This document shows positions 9,143 to 18,045 of a stretch of 32,000 bases of DNA, piece by piece. The notes under the pieces are model-generated. The model was not told the DNA's origin, did not search any database, and was given only the letters and a program-made list of their open reading frames with translations. The translations under genes were made by a program, and so were the position numbers. Position 1 is the stretch's first letter; every line of letters starts with the position of its first letter. The DNA comes from Promethearchaeum syntrophicum (GTDB lineage Archaea > Asgardarchaeota > Lokiarchaeia > Sigyniarchaeales > Promethearchaeaceae), in NCBI RefSeq assembly GCF_008000775.2, contig NZ_CP042905.2, positions 660,001-692,000 of the forward strand, in the 5' to 3' direction.

Positions 9143-9184
9143 TGAAAATCATTTGAAGAATGAAAAAAATTAATAACTCTTTGA

Positions 9185-10621
9185 GTGAAATATTTTATTA
9201 TGATATATGTTGCTTTTGATGAAGCTCACAAAGAACGTGGAAACTTATCTACAAATTTTAAATCACTTAGCAGTATGTTAAATGAAAATGAGTTTACTTG
9301 TTATCCTTATGCGGAATTCCCCATTGCAAAAAATAATTTAGCCCCATTCGATATTTTAGTTCTTGGATGCCCCGATAATGCGAAGTTCAGTAAGCTAGAA
9401 ATCGATACGATTAAAAATTGGGTTTTGACTGAGGGAGGCGGATTACTTATGTTAAGCCACGCAGGTGGAGATAAAGGGCGACGTTCAAATTTAAGTGAAC
9501 TTTCAGAGCAATTTGGCATAATATTTGAAAATGATCAAGTTCTTGATAATGTTAATAACATGGGTGTAGAAAATCTTCCCCTTATTACTAATTTTGGGTT
9601 TCCACATCCAATTACTGAAGAGATTTCTTCAATATGTTATCGTGCAGGATGCAGTTTAACCATTTCTAATATGTCTGTAACTCCTGTAGTATCATCAAGC
9701 GCAGATTCTGAACCCGTAGAGAGTCCATTAATATTATCAACAGAAATGGGCGAAGGTCGCATTGTAGCTATAGGGTCCTATGAAATGTTTCGAGATAAAA
9801 TATCTGGAGGATTTAATGAAGGATCTCATGCTCAATTGATATTAAATATCTTTAATTGGCTTAAAACCTCAAAAAGAGAAAAAATTCGATCTGAAGGAGG
9901 GGCAGCAACGACTCAAAATGGTTATCAAGAAGGGGTAACCACTGAAGAGACAAAATTACCTCTCGAAAATATTGACCAAAATCAAGTTTCGCAATATGCA
10001 AATATTCCTTTGAAGAGTTATCAATCCGATGTAAAAATTGTTTCAAATGTAGAATTAGTAAAAGCATTTGAAGGTATAGTAACTGATTTTTATTCATTTA
10101 AGGATAGAATGCTGAAAGAATTTGAAAATCTTCAAACCAATCTTTCTAATCTTGTGGGAGCAGTCATTGCATCAGAAGAAGATTTTGCTAATGTATCTCA
10201 TCCAACCCCCCCTGAAGATTCCTTGAATTTAACTCCTCCTCCAAGTACAAGTACCAACAATAACAAACATGATGAAAATGATGAAGAAGTAAAAATCTCA
10301 ACTCCTACTGATTATTCTTCAATAAATGAAAAATCTATTGAACTTGGAATAGAAAAAGAAAAATTTCAAGCAGAAAAACAATCCAAAATAGAGGCAAATC
10401 TTAAATTAAAAAAAACAAAAGAAGAGGTTGATGCAGAGATAGAGAGTCTTAGGAACAAATTGAATTCAATTAAAAATTTAACATCTTTTGTCGAAAAGAA
10501 ATTTTCATCAGGAAAATTATCGAAGAAAAACTATGACAAACAAACGAAAAAACTTTCAACTGATCTTAAAGAAACTCAAAATAAAATTGATGAATTAACC
10601 CAAGAATTAAAAGATATGTAA
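9185..10621 (+). CDS. Protein with N-terminal GIFT/GATase-like domain (IFT52-like pattern) and C-terminal coiled coil
   Basis: 478 aa; pattern FDILVLGCPDNAKFSKLEIDTIKNWVLTEGGGLLMLSHAGGD...LSEQFGIIFENDQVLD...HPITEEISSICYRAGCSLTI...GEGRIVAIGSYEMFRD...HAQLILNIFNWL, then a low-complexity linker and a charged coiled coil. Confidence 0.6.
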   Translation: MKYFIMIYVAFDEAHKERGNLSTNFKSLSSMLNENEFTCYPYAEFPIAKNNLAPFDILVLGCPDNAKFSKLEIDTIKNWVLTEGGGLLMLSHAGGDKGRRSNLSELSEQFGIIFENDQVLDNVNNMGVENLPLITNFGFPHPITEEISSICYRAGCSLTISNMSVTPVVSSSADSEPVESPLILSTEMGEGRIVAIGSYEMFRDKISGGFNEGSHAQLILNIFNWLKTSKREKIRSEGGAATTQNGYQEGVTTEETKLPLENIDQNQVSQYANIPLKSYQSDVKIVSNVELVKAFEGIVTDFYSFKDRMLKEFENLQTNLSNLVGAVIASEEDFANVSHPTPPEDSLNLTPPPSTSTNNNKHDENDEEVKISTPTDYSSINEKSIELGIEKEKFQAEKQSKIEANLKLKKTKEEVDAEIESLRNKLNSIKNLTSFVEKKFSSGKLSKKNYDKQTKKLSTDLKETQNKIDELTQELKDM

Positions 10622-10643
10622 ATTCGAATATCTTTTATTATCT

Positions 10644-10865
10644 TCACGTTTCTTTTTTATAACTAATTTTACTACACACAACTCCGCGTTCATGCCAATT
10701 TTCATCAATATAAATGATAGCAAAATGATCTGAATGATGGTAAACTAGCGGATAAGGCCATTTATCAGCTCTTTCTTTAAATTCCTTTTCTAAACTTTCT
10801 GTAACTTGAATAGCTAATGTTTCTTTACAGTATTCGCAATAAAATCTAATAGTTTTTCCTGTCAT
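10644..10865 (-). CDS. Small hypothetical protein with a CxxC pair
   Basis: 73 aa ORF immediately downstream of the LeuB-family gene; FYCEYCKETLAIQV suggests metal binding; intergenic spacing fits a real gene. Confidence 0.55.
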   Translation of the reverse strand: MTGKTIRFYCEYCKETLAIQVTESLEKEFKERADKWPYPLVYHHSDHFAIIYIDENWHERGVVCSKISYKKET

Positions 10866-10895
10866 AGTTCATCTTTCCAATATTTTTATCATATA

Positions 10896-11981
10896 TTACT
10901 TTCTTAATAAATTTTTGAGATTTTTGCTTACAAAATCTCCCATTCCATTTGTAGTTAATGTTTTTAATTTTCCTTGATTTAAATCATTTTTAGGAAGGAT
11001 ATCTATGGTTCTCCCTTGTTCTAAAGATAATTCTACTGCATTTTCAATTAAATCTCCATAAAATTTTTCTCCGAATGATTCCTCTATCATTAATTTAACA
11101 GAAAGAATCGTTCCAATAGGATTAGCTATATCTTTTCCTGCAATATCTGGTGCAGAACCATGAATGGGTTCATACATTGAAACTTTTCCAGGATTTATAT
11201 TACCGCTTGCAGCCATTCCAAGAGACCCAATTAAATAAGCAGCTTCATCACTAATGATATCTCCGAACATATTTTCGGTAACAACGGTTTGAACTGAATA
11301 TGGTCTTCTTATTAACCATTGGCAAAATGCATCAATATAGAAATTTGTTTGTTTTATATCTTGATATTTTTTTCCAATCTCCAAATAAATTTCACGCCAA
11401 AATTGGCTGCATTCTAATAAATTCGCTTTATCAACACTAATTATCTCTGAATTACCTTTTTTCTTAGCATATTCAAATGCATATTTAATTATTCGCTCAA
11501 CCGAGTTCCGTGTATAAATCATTTTATTGATTACCTTGTTATCACTCACTTCAGTCCCAATTTTTGCGTACAAACCTTCTGTATTTTCCCGAATTATTGT
11601 CATATCAATTCCGTTTTGGATATATTCCTCTTTTAGTGGGCATTTATCTCGTAAAGATTCATAGAGTTTTATTGGTCGCAGATTAACATACAAATCTAGT
11701 CCTTGTCTAAGTTTTGAAATAGCAGATTCTGCAGCACCTAACGGTAAATTTGGCAATCCTATTGCACCAAATAAAATTGCATCGCATTTTTTCATCTGAT
11801 CAAATGATTTTTGTGGAAGATTTGTTCCAGTATCGATTAAGACTTGTCCTCCTAATGGGGTTTCTACAAATTCAAATTGATAATCAGAATATTTTTGAAG
11901 GGTTTTCATAATTTTTATCCCTTCCGCAACTACTTCAGGACCGATTCCATCCCCACGAGCGAGTGCAATTTTTTTTTTCAT
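10896..11981 (-). CDS. leuB: 3-isopropylmalate/isocitrate dehydrogenase family protein
   Basis: 361 aa; IALARGDGIGPEVVAEG, LRQGLDLYVNLRPIKLY, TIIRENTEGLYA, NMFGDIISDEAAYLIGSLGMAAS, EPIHGSAPDIAGKDIANPIGTI. Confidence 0.88.
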   Translation of the reverse strand: MKKKIALARGDGIGPEVVAEGIKIMKTLQKYSDYQFEFVETPLGGQVLIDTGTNLPQKSFDQMKKCDAILFGAIGLPNLPLGAAESAISKLRQGLDLYVNLRPIKLYESLRDKCPLKEEYIQNGIDMTIIRENTEGLYAKIGTEVSDNKVINKMIYTRNSVERIIKYAFEYAKKKGNSEIISVDKANLLECSQFWREIYLEIGKKYQDIKQTNFYIDAFCQWLIRRPYSVQTVVTENMFGDIISDEAAYLIGSLGMAASGNINPGKVSMYEPIHGSAPDIAGKDIANPIGTILSVKLMIEESFGEKFYGDLIENAVELSLEQGRTIDILPKNDLNQGKLKTLTTNGMGDFVSKNLKNLLRK

Positions 11982-12295
11982 GAATTTAACCTTTAATTTT
12001 AAAACAAATCATAATTATTTATTAATTCCTTCATGGTTTTATCAAAAATCCAGAAAAAGAGAAAACTAGTTGATTGCTTAAATTTGATGTAGATTTAAGG
12101 AAATTAGTAATATTTTAATTAATAATTAGTATTTTGGATTAGAATATGAAATATTATGTTTAATGCACTATTCTTTTTATACTTTCTAATAGGGTAGAAC
12201 GCAAGATATTAAAAACGCGAATTTGATCATAAACTTATTACTACATTTTTTTTTCGGTTATACAAACAAAAATTAATGAAAGTAAGTGAAATATT

Positions 12296-14473
12296 ATGAA
12301 AAATTTAAAAAAAAAATCAATTGCAATTCTCGCTTTATTCATGATATCCACATTTGCAGGCTCAATGGTTTCCAATGCGACGGCTGAAAAGAGTTATGTT
12401 TTACCCGATGACCCAGACGTCTTAAATGCTGGTCTTGCACAAATGTTTGGGATGTTCCGTGAATTTGGAGCATCAGGAGAATTGTTAGGCGAGGTTTTGA
12501 TGATGATGTTTGAAAATTTCGAAACTATGAACGCCACACAAGAAATTGATGGGGTATACGTTTTAAATGCCTCCGTCATAAAAGCACAAGAATCGGGAAA
12601 CTTCACATATGGTGAAGCACAAACCGAAGAATATACTCCTTGGGGAGTCTATAGTCTAGAAAACGCTACTCTTACAGAAGATCAAGATGAATATCCATAT
12701 TTCCTTTTAAATGAAACTGGAACTATTGAATATAATAAAACTGAAGGTGTTTCTATTACATTTATCATTTGGGATGATGATGGCACTTTTATCGATGCAC
12801 TTGATAAATTAATAAGCACTTTCAAAGAATTTAAAATGATTTCAGAAGATGATGTGCCCGATGAAGTTGCAGAAGAAGCTGCCTTAAGAGCAGTTATTTC
12901 AGCTTTAACATACTTCTTTATCCATGTTAACGATATTATCACGGGAGATGAAGTCATAGTTCTCAACACAATCGCTTTTACTAATTATGTTGCAGATTTT
13001 GATGGAAGCATCGATGCAAATTGGTATGTTACTGAAGAAGGAGTTAGAACACATTCTCGTTTACTTATTGATGCATTACCTACCTACGATGAAGATTACA
13101 CTCAAATTGCAGATTATTATCGTGATGAATTCATGCAATATCTCCTTGATGAGAATAATTTTGCTGACGGTCAAAAAACTCAAAATTACACATCATTTAG
13201 TTTCGATGTTATTGAAATTTGGTTAAAAGAGTTTCAAATATCAATTGATTCACAAGCGATTTTAGGCGCATTAGCTGGAGAAGAAGGAGCGGAATTTTTC
13301 GATGATAAGACCGCCACAGATATTTTCCAAGAATTAAAACTTGAATTTTATGTGTTTACTCATCATTTCCAGAATTGGTATTTATTTGATGATAATAAAT
13401 TTGATAAAGATTACTCTAATGCCACTACTGAGATTCAAGATCAAGCAGAAGCGGCAGTTGGAAACGGTGTTCCTGATGTTCTTTTTGAAGAAATAGGTAC
13501 TTTTGAAGGTGAACCAGTACATGCGATTACAGACGCTGAAGTTGTTGATTATATTCTGTTCAGAGGCGCAGATTCTTGGGAATTCAAAGAACCCGTTTAT
13601 GATGCTGAAAATAACAAAATGGAATGGGGTATTCGTGCAGAGAATTTAGGATTTAGGGTAATTCCTATGGGATTAAACGATGATGAAATCTCATTAACTG
13701 ATGCTCCTGTTGAATATATGGAATTCATGGAATTGGGATTTTCATTTGAACCTGAAAATAAAAAAGTAGTTGAAACCGATGATTATATAAACGCACAAGG
13801 TCAAGAGACAATGGGATCTGCCAAAGTCAAACTTATTCAAAGCTTTGGACAATGGGACTTAGATACAGATGGTAAACCATTTACTCCACATTTAAAGAAT
13901 ACAAGTTTAGATTTAACTACAGTATATATGAGCACAATTTTCCACTTTAAACTTGCAATTGAAAATAAACAGATTGTTGATGAAGGTGAAACTCCCTCAG
14001 CTGGATTACTTAATGAAACAAATTATGACAGAGACACTCATCACATTAGAGTTGGAGATATCAACCAAGAATTGCCTTTAGCAGATATCGACATTGCAGG
14101 ACCAGAATATAACCAATCAGGCGCTAACACAGGAGATTATCCAGCAGAGACAACTATCATTCCAACGGTTTATGCAGAATTTGAAGGTCAAAGTAGTGAG
14201 ACTTATGAACAAGAAGATACTTCTATAGGTCAAATTAACGCAACCATAAATATTGAGTTTTCAACGTTAATCTATGCTGTTTCCTATCCTACATTTGGAA
14301 TGGGAAATGAAAATTATACAACTGGAGACGAAATAATTCATGACCCAACATTCAGTGTGTTCATAACCACAATAAATCCAGGTGTTATTGCAATTATTTT
14401 GGTTATTGGTGCAGTCGGATTAGCAGGAATTGCTGCTGTTTTGATCACCAAAAAGAAAAATGCTCAATTTTAG
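12296..14473 (+). CDS. Large acidic secreted/surface protein with signal peptide and C-terminal membrane anchor
   Basis: 725 aa; N-term MKNLKKKSIAILALFMISTFAGSMVSNATA (signal-like), acidic and aromatic-rich ectodomain, C-term PGVIAIILVIGAVGLAGIAAVLITKKKNAQF (TM plus positive tail). Confidence 0.75.
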   Translation: MKNLKKKSIAILALFMISTFAGSMVSNATAEKSYVLPDDPDVLNAGLAQMFGMFREFGASGELLGEVLMMMFENFETMNATQEIDGVYVLNASVIKAQESGNFTYGEAQTEEYTPWGVYSLENATLTEDQDEYPYFLLNETGTIEYNKTEGVSITFIIWDDDGTFIDALDKLISTFKEFKMISEDDVPDEVAEEAALRAVISALTYFFIHVNDIITGDEVIVLNTIAFTNYVADFDGSIDANWYVTEEGVRTHSRLLIDALPTYDEDYTQIADYYRDEFMQYLLDENNFADGQKTQNYTSFSFDVIEIWLKEFQISIDSQAILGALAGEEGAEFFDDKTATDIFQELKLEFYVFTHHFQNWYLFDDNKFDKDYSNATTEIQDQAEAAVGNGVPDVLFEEIGTFEGEPVHAITDAEVVDYILFRGADSWEFKEPVYDAENNKMEWGIRAENLGFRVIPMGLNDDEISLTDAPVEYMEFMELGFSFEPENKKVVETDDYINAQGQETMGSAKVKLIQSFGQWDLDTDGKPFTPHLKNTSLDLTTVYMSTIFHFKLAIENKQIVDEGETPSAGLLNETNYDRDTHHIRVGDINQELPLADIDIAGPEYNQSGANTGDYPAETTIIPTVYAEFEGQSSETYEQEDTSIGQINATINIEFSTLIYAVSYPTFGMGNENYTTGDEIIHDPTFSVFITTINPGVIAIILVIGAVGLAGIAAVLITKKKNAQF

Positions 14474-14490
14474 TAAGAAATAGAATTGAG

Positions 14491-14527
14491 TTTTTTTCCC
14501 ATTTTTTTTTATTTTCATTTTTTTTTT
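14491..14527 (+). terminator. Probable T-rich archaeal transcription terminator
   Basis: Consecutive T tracts (TTTTTTT ccca TTTTTTTTT a TTTT ca TTTTTTTTTT) 18 nt downstream of the secreted protein's stop codon. Confidence 0.5.
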
Positions 14528-14628
14528 ACTCCTATTTTAATTATGAATACTTTCTCTTCTTTCAAGCACAAAACAATTATAGGAATAAAAATACTAATGT
14601 ATAATTAAATAAGGTGGGATGATAAAAA

Positions 14629-15675
14629 ATGAGTTTTTGGAATGAAGTAGATGGATTAATTGAAAAGGGAAAAACATCTAAGCAAATTAAAGTAACTGCA
14701 GATGATTTAATTGAACTTCGAAATAAAATGAAAGATTTACAGTTATCATTAAGTACCATAGAAAAAAATCTTCAAGTAGAAACAGAAAAGGTCAAAATTT
14801 ATCAACGAAATTTTGCAGATGAACAAGAAAAGGTTAATATGCTTCAACGTAACATATCAGAAAAGGTCTCGATAATTACTCAAAGAGAAGGAGAAATCAC
14901 GCAAATTCAGCAACATTTAAATGAAAAAAATACTATTACTACACAACTTCAAGCAGAGTTAGACAATTTAAAGGCGGATATAGGTAAACGAGATCTTGAG
15001 ATTAAAAATGCTTTCACAACTGTAACTCAAGCAGAGGAAATGCTTGGAAAAAGAGATCAACAAATAGAGGATTTTAAATCTTTAATCAATCAAAAAAATC
15101 TTGAGATCGATGAAATGAAGAGAAATTTAAATGAAGGACAACAAAATGCGGCTTCTCTTAATGGAAAAGAACAAGAATTAGAAAGATTGAGAAAAGAAAT
15201 TCAAAGTTCCCAATCGCAAGACTCTAAAGTTCCTGGATTACAATTAAAAATTCAAACTTTGCAAGCTAAGATTCAAGAATTAGAAAGTAATTCAGTCACC
15301 AGAGCAGACTTTGATTCGATTTTCAACCAAAATAAAGAGTTAGAGGGAAGATTTAATTCACTTAACTTCAAGGTTGGGGCATTAACAAATGAAAATGAGC
15401 AATTGAAAGGGGAATTAGCGGAGAAAATGAAAAAAATAAATTCTTTGACAGAACCACATGCTGTAATGACTCCTTCTTTAGGAAAATCCAACAATCCTTC
15501 TACAATTACATCTACAACAACAGATGATGCATTTGGAACTGCTAGAATTGTTTGCCCCCATTGTGGTTCTTCTAAATTAACTGTTATTGAAGATAAAAGT
15601 AGAATAATTTCCTATATCCCTGCACCAGTATATGCTAAGAAGAATGTTTGTTCTCAATGTGGTTTTGAGTTTTAA
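14629..15675 (+). CDS. Long coiled-coil protein with C-terminal zinc ribbon
   Basis: 348 aa; heptad-like charged region over ~270 aa followed by CPHCGSSKLTVIEDKSRIISYIPAPVYAKKNVCSQCGFEF. Confidence 0.8.
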   Translation: MSFWNEVDGLIEKGKTSKQIKVTADDLIELRNKMKDLQLSLSTIEKNLQVETEKVKIYQRNFADEQEKVNMLQRNISEKVSIITQREGEITQIQQHLNEKNTITTQLQAELDNLKADIGKRDLEIKNAFTTVTQAEEMLGKRDQQIEDFKSLINQKNLEIDEMKRNLNEGQQNAASLNGKEQELERLRKEIQSSQSQDSKVPGLQLKIQTLQAKIQELESNSVTRADFDSIFNQNKELEGRFNSLNFKVGALTNENEQLKGELAEKMKKINSLTEPHAVMTPSLGKSNNPSTITSTTTDDAFGTARIVCPHCGSSKLTVIEDKSRIISYIPAPVYAKKNVCSQCGFEF

Positions 15676-15762
15676 AATTATAAATCAAGGTTTTAAGATC
15701 TTTTTTTTTATTTTGTTAATTTTTATAGGAACACAAGAAAATAAAAAAAATAGTGTAGTAAC

Positions 15763-16668
15763 TTACTCAAATCCGAATTCTTTTAGAAGTTTATTAGGTT
15801 TTACTTGGTGATATTTTAAACCAATATCATTCATTGAAGCGCCAAAAGCTAAAGCCATTAATTCGGTTACATAAAGAACAGGGATTTTTACAATCATTTC
15901 AAAAGCTTTTTTCATTGATCGTTGACCTACTTCGAGTTGTTGATAACATGAAGGACAATTAACAGCAATAATCTGGGCACCTGAATCTATGATACTTTGA
16001 TATTTCTTTTTCATGAGATTATTTGATGCATCCTCATCATTTCTTGCAAGGGCTGATGTACAACACAGATCTGCTTCTTCATGATCAATATGAGTAGCTC
16101 CAAGTGCTTCCAAAATTTCTGCTGGAAATCTTGGATTCATCGCATCGTCTACCTGCATCATTTCAGAAGGTCTTGAGTAATGACAACCAACATGGGTTGT
16201 TATTTTTAATCCCGTTAGCGGTTTAACTACTAGTGCTTTTATCGCCTCTAAACCGATATCTTCATGGAGTAATTCAATGAAATGTTTAACTTGTGCGGTT
16301 CCGGAATAGGTTTTTCCAACAGACTCTAAACGCTTCTTTACAATTTCCAAATCTTCTTTCTTATGCTTTAACTCATAATTGACCGCTTTCAGTGTTTCAG
16401 TACATCCATTACACAAACTTACTATCGGGTGATTGGATTTTTCAGATAATGCTAGATTACGCGCTCCTAAAGTAAGCCATGTTTGATAATCTGTACTTTG
16501 GACACCTACAGGATCTGGACAGCAACCAAATGAATTATCATGAAGAGTGAATCCTAATTTTTCAAAAACAAATCTTGCACTTTTTTCAAGGAAAGGAATT
16601 CGGTTCTGGATAGTACAACCTGCAAATAAATCATAATCTTTTATATCTGTTTTAGGATCTGAAGCCAT
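15763..16668 (-). CDS. hdrB: Heterodisulfide reductase subunit B-like protein (two CCG domains)
   Basis: 301 aa; FAGCTIQNR...GCCPDP...CNGC and HVGCHYSRPSE...DLCCTSA...NCPSC, the duplicated CCG cysteine pattern. Confidence 0.93.
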   Translation of the reverse strand: MASDPKTDIKDYDLFAGCTIQNRIPFLEKSARFVFEKLGFTLHDNSFGCCPDPVGVQSTDYQTWLTLGARNLALSEKSNHPIVSLCNGCTETLKAVNYELKHKKEDLEIVKKRLESVGKTYSGTAQVKHFIELLHEDIGLEAIKALVVKPLTGLKITTHVGCHYSRPSEMMQVDDAMNPRFPAEILEALGATHIDHEEADLCCTSALARNDEDASNNLMKKKYQSIIDSGAQIIAVNCPSCYQQLEVGQRSMKKAFEMIVKIPVLYVTELMALAFGASMNDIGLKYHQVKPNKLLKEFGFE

Positions 16669-16669
16669 G

Positions 16670-17212
16670 TTATTTCTCCTCCTTTGTTTTTTCTAATTCT
16701 TCGATTTCTTTCAAAATATTTTCTACAGGTGTCATTCCCATCAATTTTTTTATTTCATCCACATCGGTTGAAGGTGATTTAGGTAATCCAAGCTGTTCGC
16801 GGCGTTTTTCAATTACTGGTTGTGATGGAACTGCTTTTCCAAATAAATAAACTTGATTTGTCTCGCTAGTATAAGATTTTGGGATATTATGATAACGTGC
16901 AGAAGCATTTTTTATTCTCAAGAAGATTTCATGCAGATTAACTCCTTCCGGGCAAGCCTCTTGACATAACTCGCACATAGTACATTGCCAAACATTAGGG
17001 GTTAGATCAACAATCAGTCTCTTCTCATAACCAAAGTTTGACAACAATATAATTGATCGAGGATTAAATTTTCCTTCAGTTTCAAGAGCAACAGGGCATA
17101 TGGTTGAGCAAGTAGAGCAATTATAACAAAGATTTAATGATGTCGCTAATTCAGAATCTGTAAATTCATCATGAAGCGATAGAACTGGATCTATGTTTTC
17201 AATTTTTTCCAT
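16670..17212 (-). CDS. hdrC: Heterodisulfide reductase subunit C-like 2x[4Fe-4S] protein
   Basis: 180 aa; CYNCSTCSTICPVALE and CTMCELCQEACPEGV; directly upstream of hdrB with 1 nt spacing. Confidence 0.93.
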   Translation of the reverse strand: MEKIENIDPVLSLHDEFTDSELATSLNLCYNCSTCSTICPVALETEGKFNPRSIILLSNFGYEKRLIVDLTPNVWQCTMCELCQEACPEGVNLHEIFLRIKNASARYHNIPKSYTSETNQVYLFGKAVPSQPVIEKRREQLGLPKSPSTDVDEIKKLMGMTPVENILKEIEELEKTKEEK

Positions 17213-17324
17213 TTCAAATTCAAGAATTAAAAGAGCGGTAAAGTAAAAAAGAATTTCCTTATAGGAAATATTTAATTAAAAAGTACGAAAAGATATAAAA
17301 AGATATTAAAGTGGTCAAATCATG

Positions 17325-17879
17325 TTAAATTAAGCTTTTTGCCAGATAATTGAAAAATTCTTCAACCCCAAAACCATTCTGAGAAGAAGTTTCAAAATAA
17401 GAATCTGCATTAAATTTCTCTTTGAATTCATCTATTTGGTCTGATGAAATTATTGATGGATCTTCCGTTACTAAATCTTTCTTTGTTCCAAGTAAGAAGA
17501 ATTTTGTTTTTGAATCACCCCAAACTCCACCTTCTTTTAATAATCCTATCCAATTCTTTATCCGATAAAGTGTGGCAACCCTCGATAAATCAAATGCTAA
17601 TATTATTCCTTCCGCACCTTGTATATATTCGTTCAGAATGAATCTGAATCGTTCTTGACCTGCAAAATCCCAAAGCAATAAAGTCATTTGGTATTTATCT
17701 GCATTATCCAATGTAATATCAACTTTTTTAATAAAAAAATCTGTTCCTATCGTCATTTTGGTAGAATCTACAAAAACTTTGTTGACATAACGATGTAGGA
17801 GTGTAGTTTTCCCAACTCCTCCTTCCCCTAAAATAATAATTTTTCTTTTAATTTTTTTGATATTTGAATCGTTTAACAT
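17325..17879 (-). CDS. Ras/Rab-superfamily small GTPase
   Basis: 184 aa; G1 GEGGVGKTT, G2 region TIGTDF, G3 WDFAGQERFR, G4 GTKKDL, G5 ETSSQNG. Confidence 0.93.
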   Translation of the reverse strand: MLNDSNIKKIKRKIIILGEGGVGKTTLLHRYVNKVFVDSTKMTIGTDFFIKKVDITLDNADKYQMTLLLWDFAGQERFRFILNEYIQGAEGIILAFDLSRVATLYRIKNWIGLLKEGGVWGDSKTKFFLLGTKKDLVTEDPSIISSDQIDEFKEKFNADSYFETSSQNGFGVEEFFNYLAKSLI

Positions 17880-18045
17880 TCTAATATGTATAAAACTGTA
17901 ATTTCAACCTTTAAATTCTTTGATTGGAGAAGATTTCAGTAAAATTTCTAGAGAAATTTTTAATTTACATGTATTAGTCCGTTACCATCAATTCTAAAAT
18001 AATAATACAACAAATTTTTAAGAGAAATTGCTCATATTTTCCTTA

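Noticed and set aside
11982-12295. Possible ncRNA or tRNA in the 314-bp AT-rich divergent intergenic region
   Set aside because: No cloverleaf, GC-rich stem or tRNA consensus seen; best explained as promoter region.
12394-13226. ORFs at 12394-12606, 12682-12969 and 12987-13226
   Set aside because: Shadow frames of the secreted protein gene.
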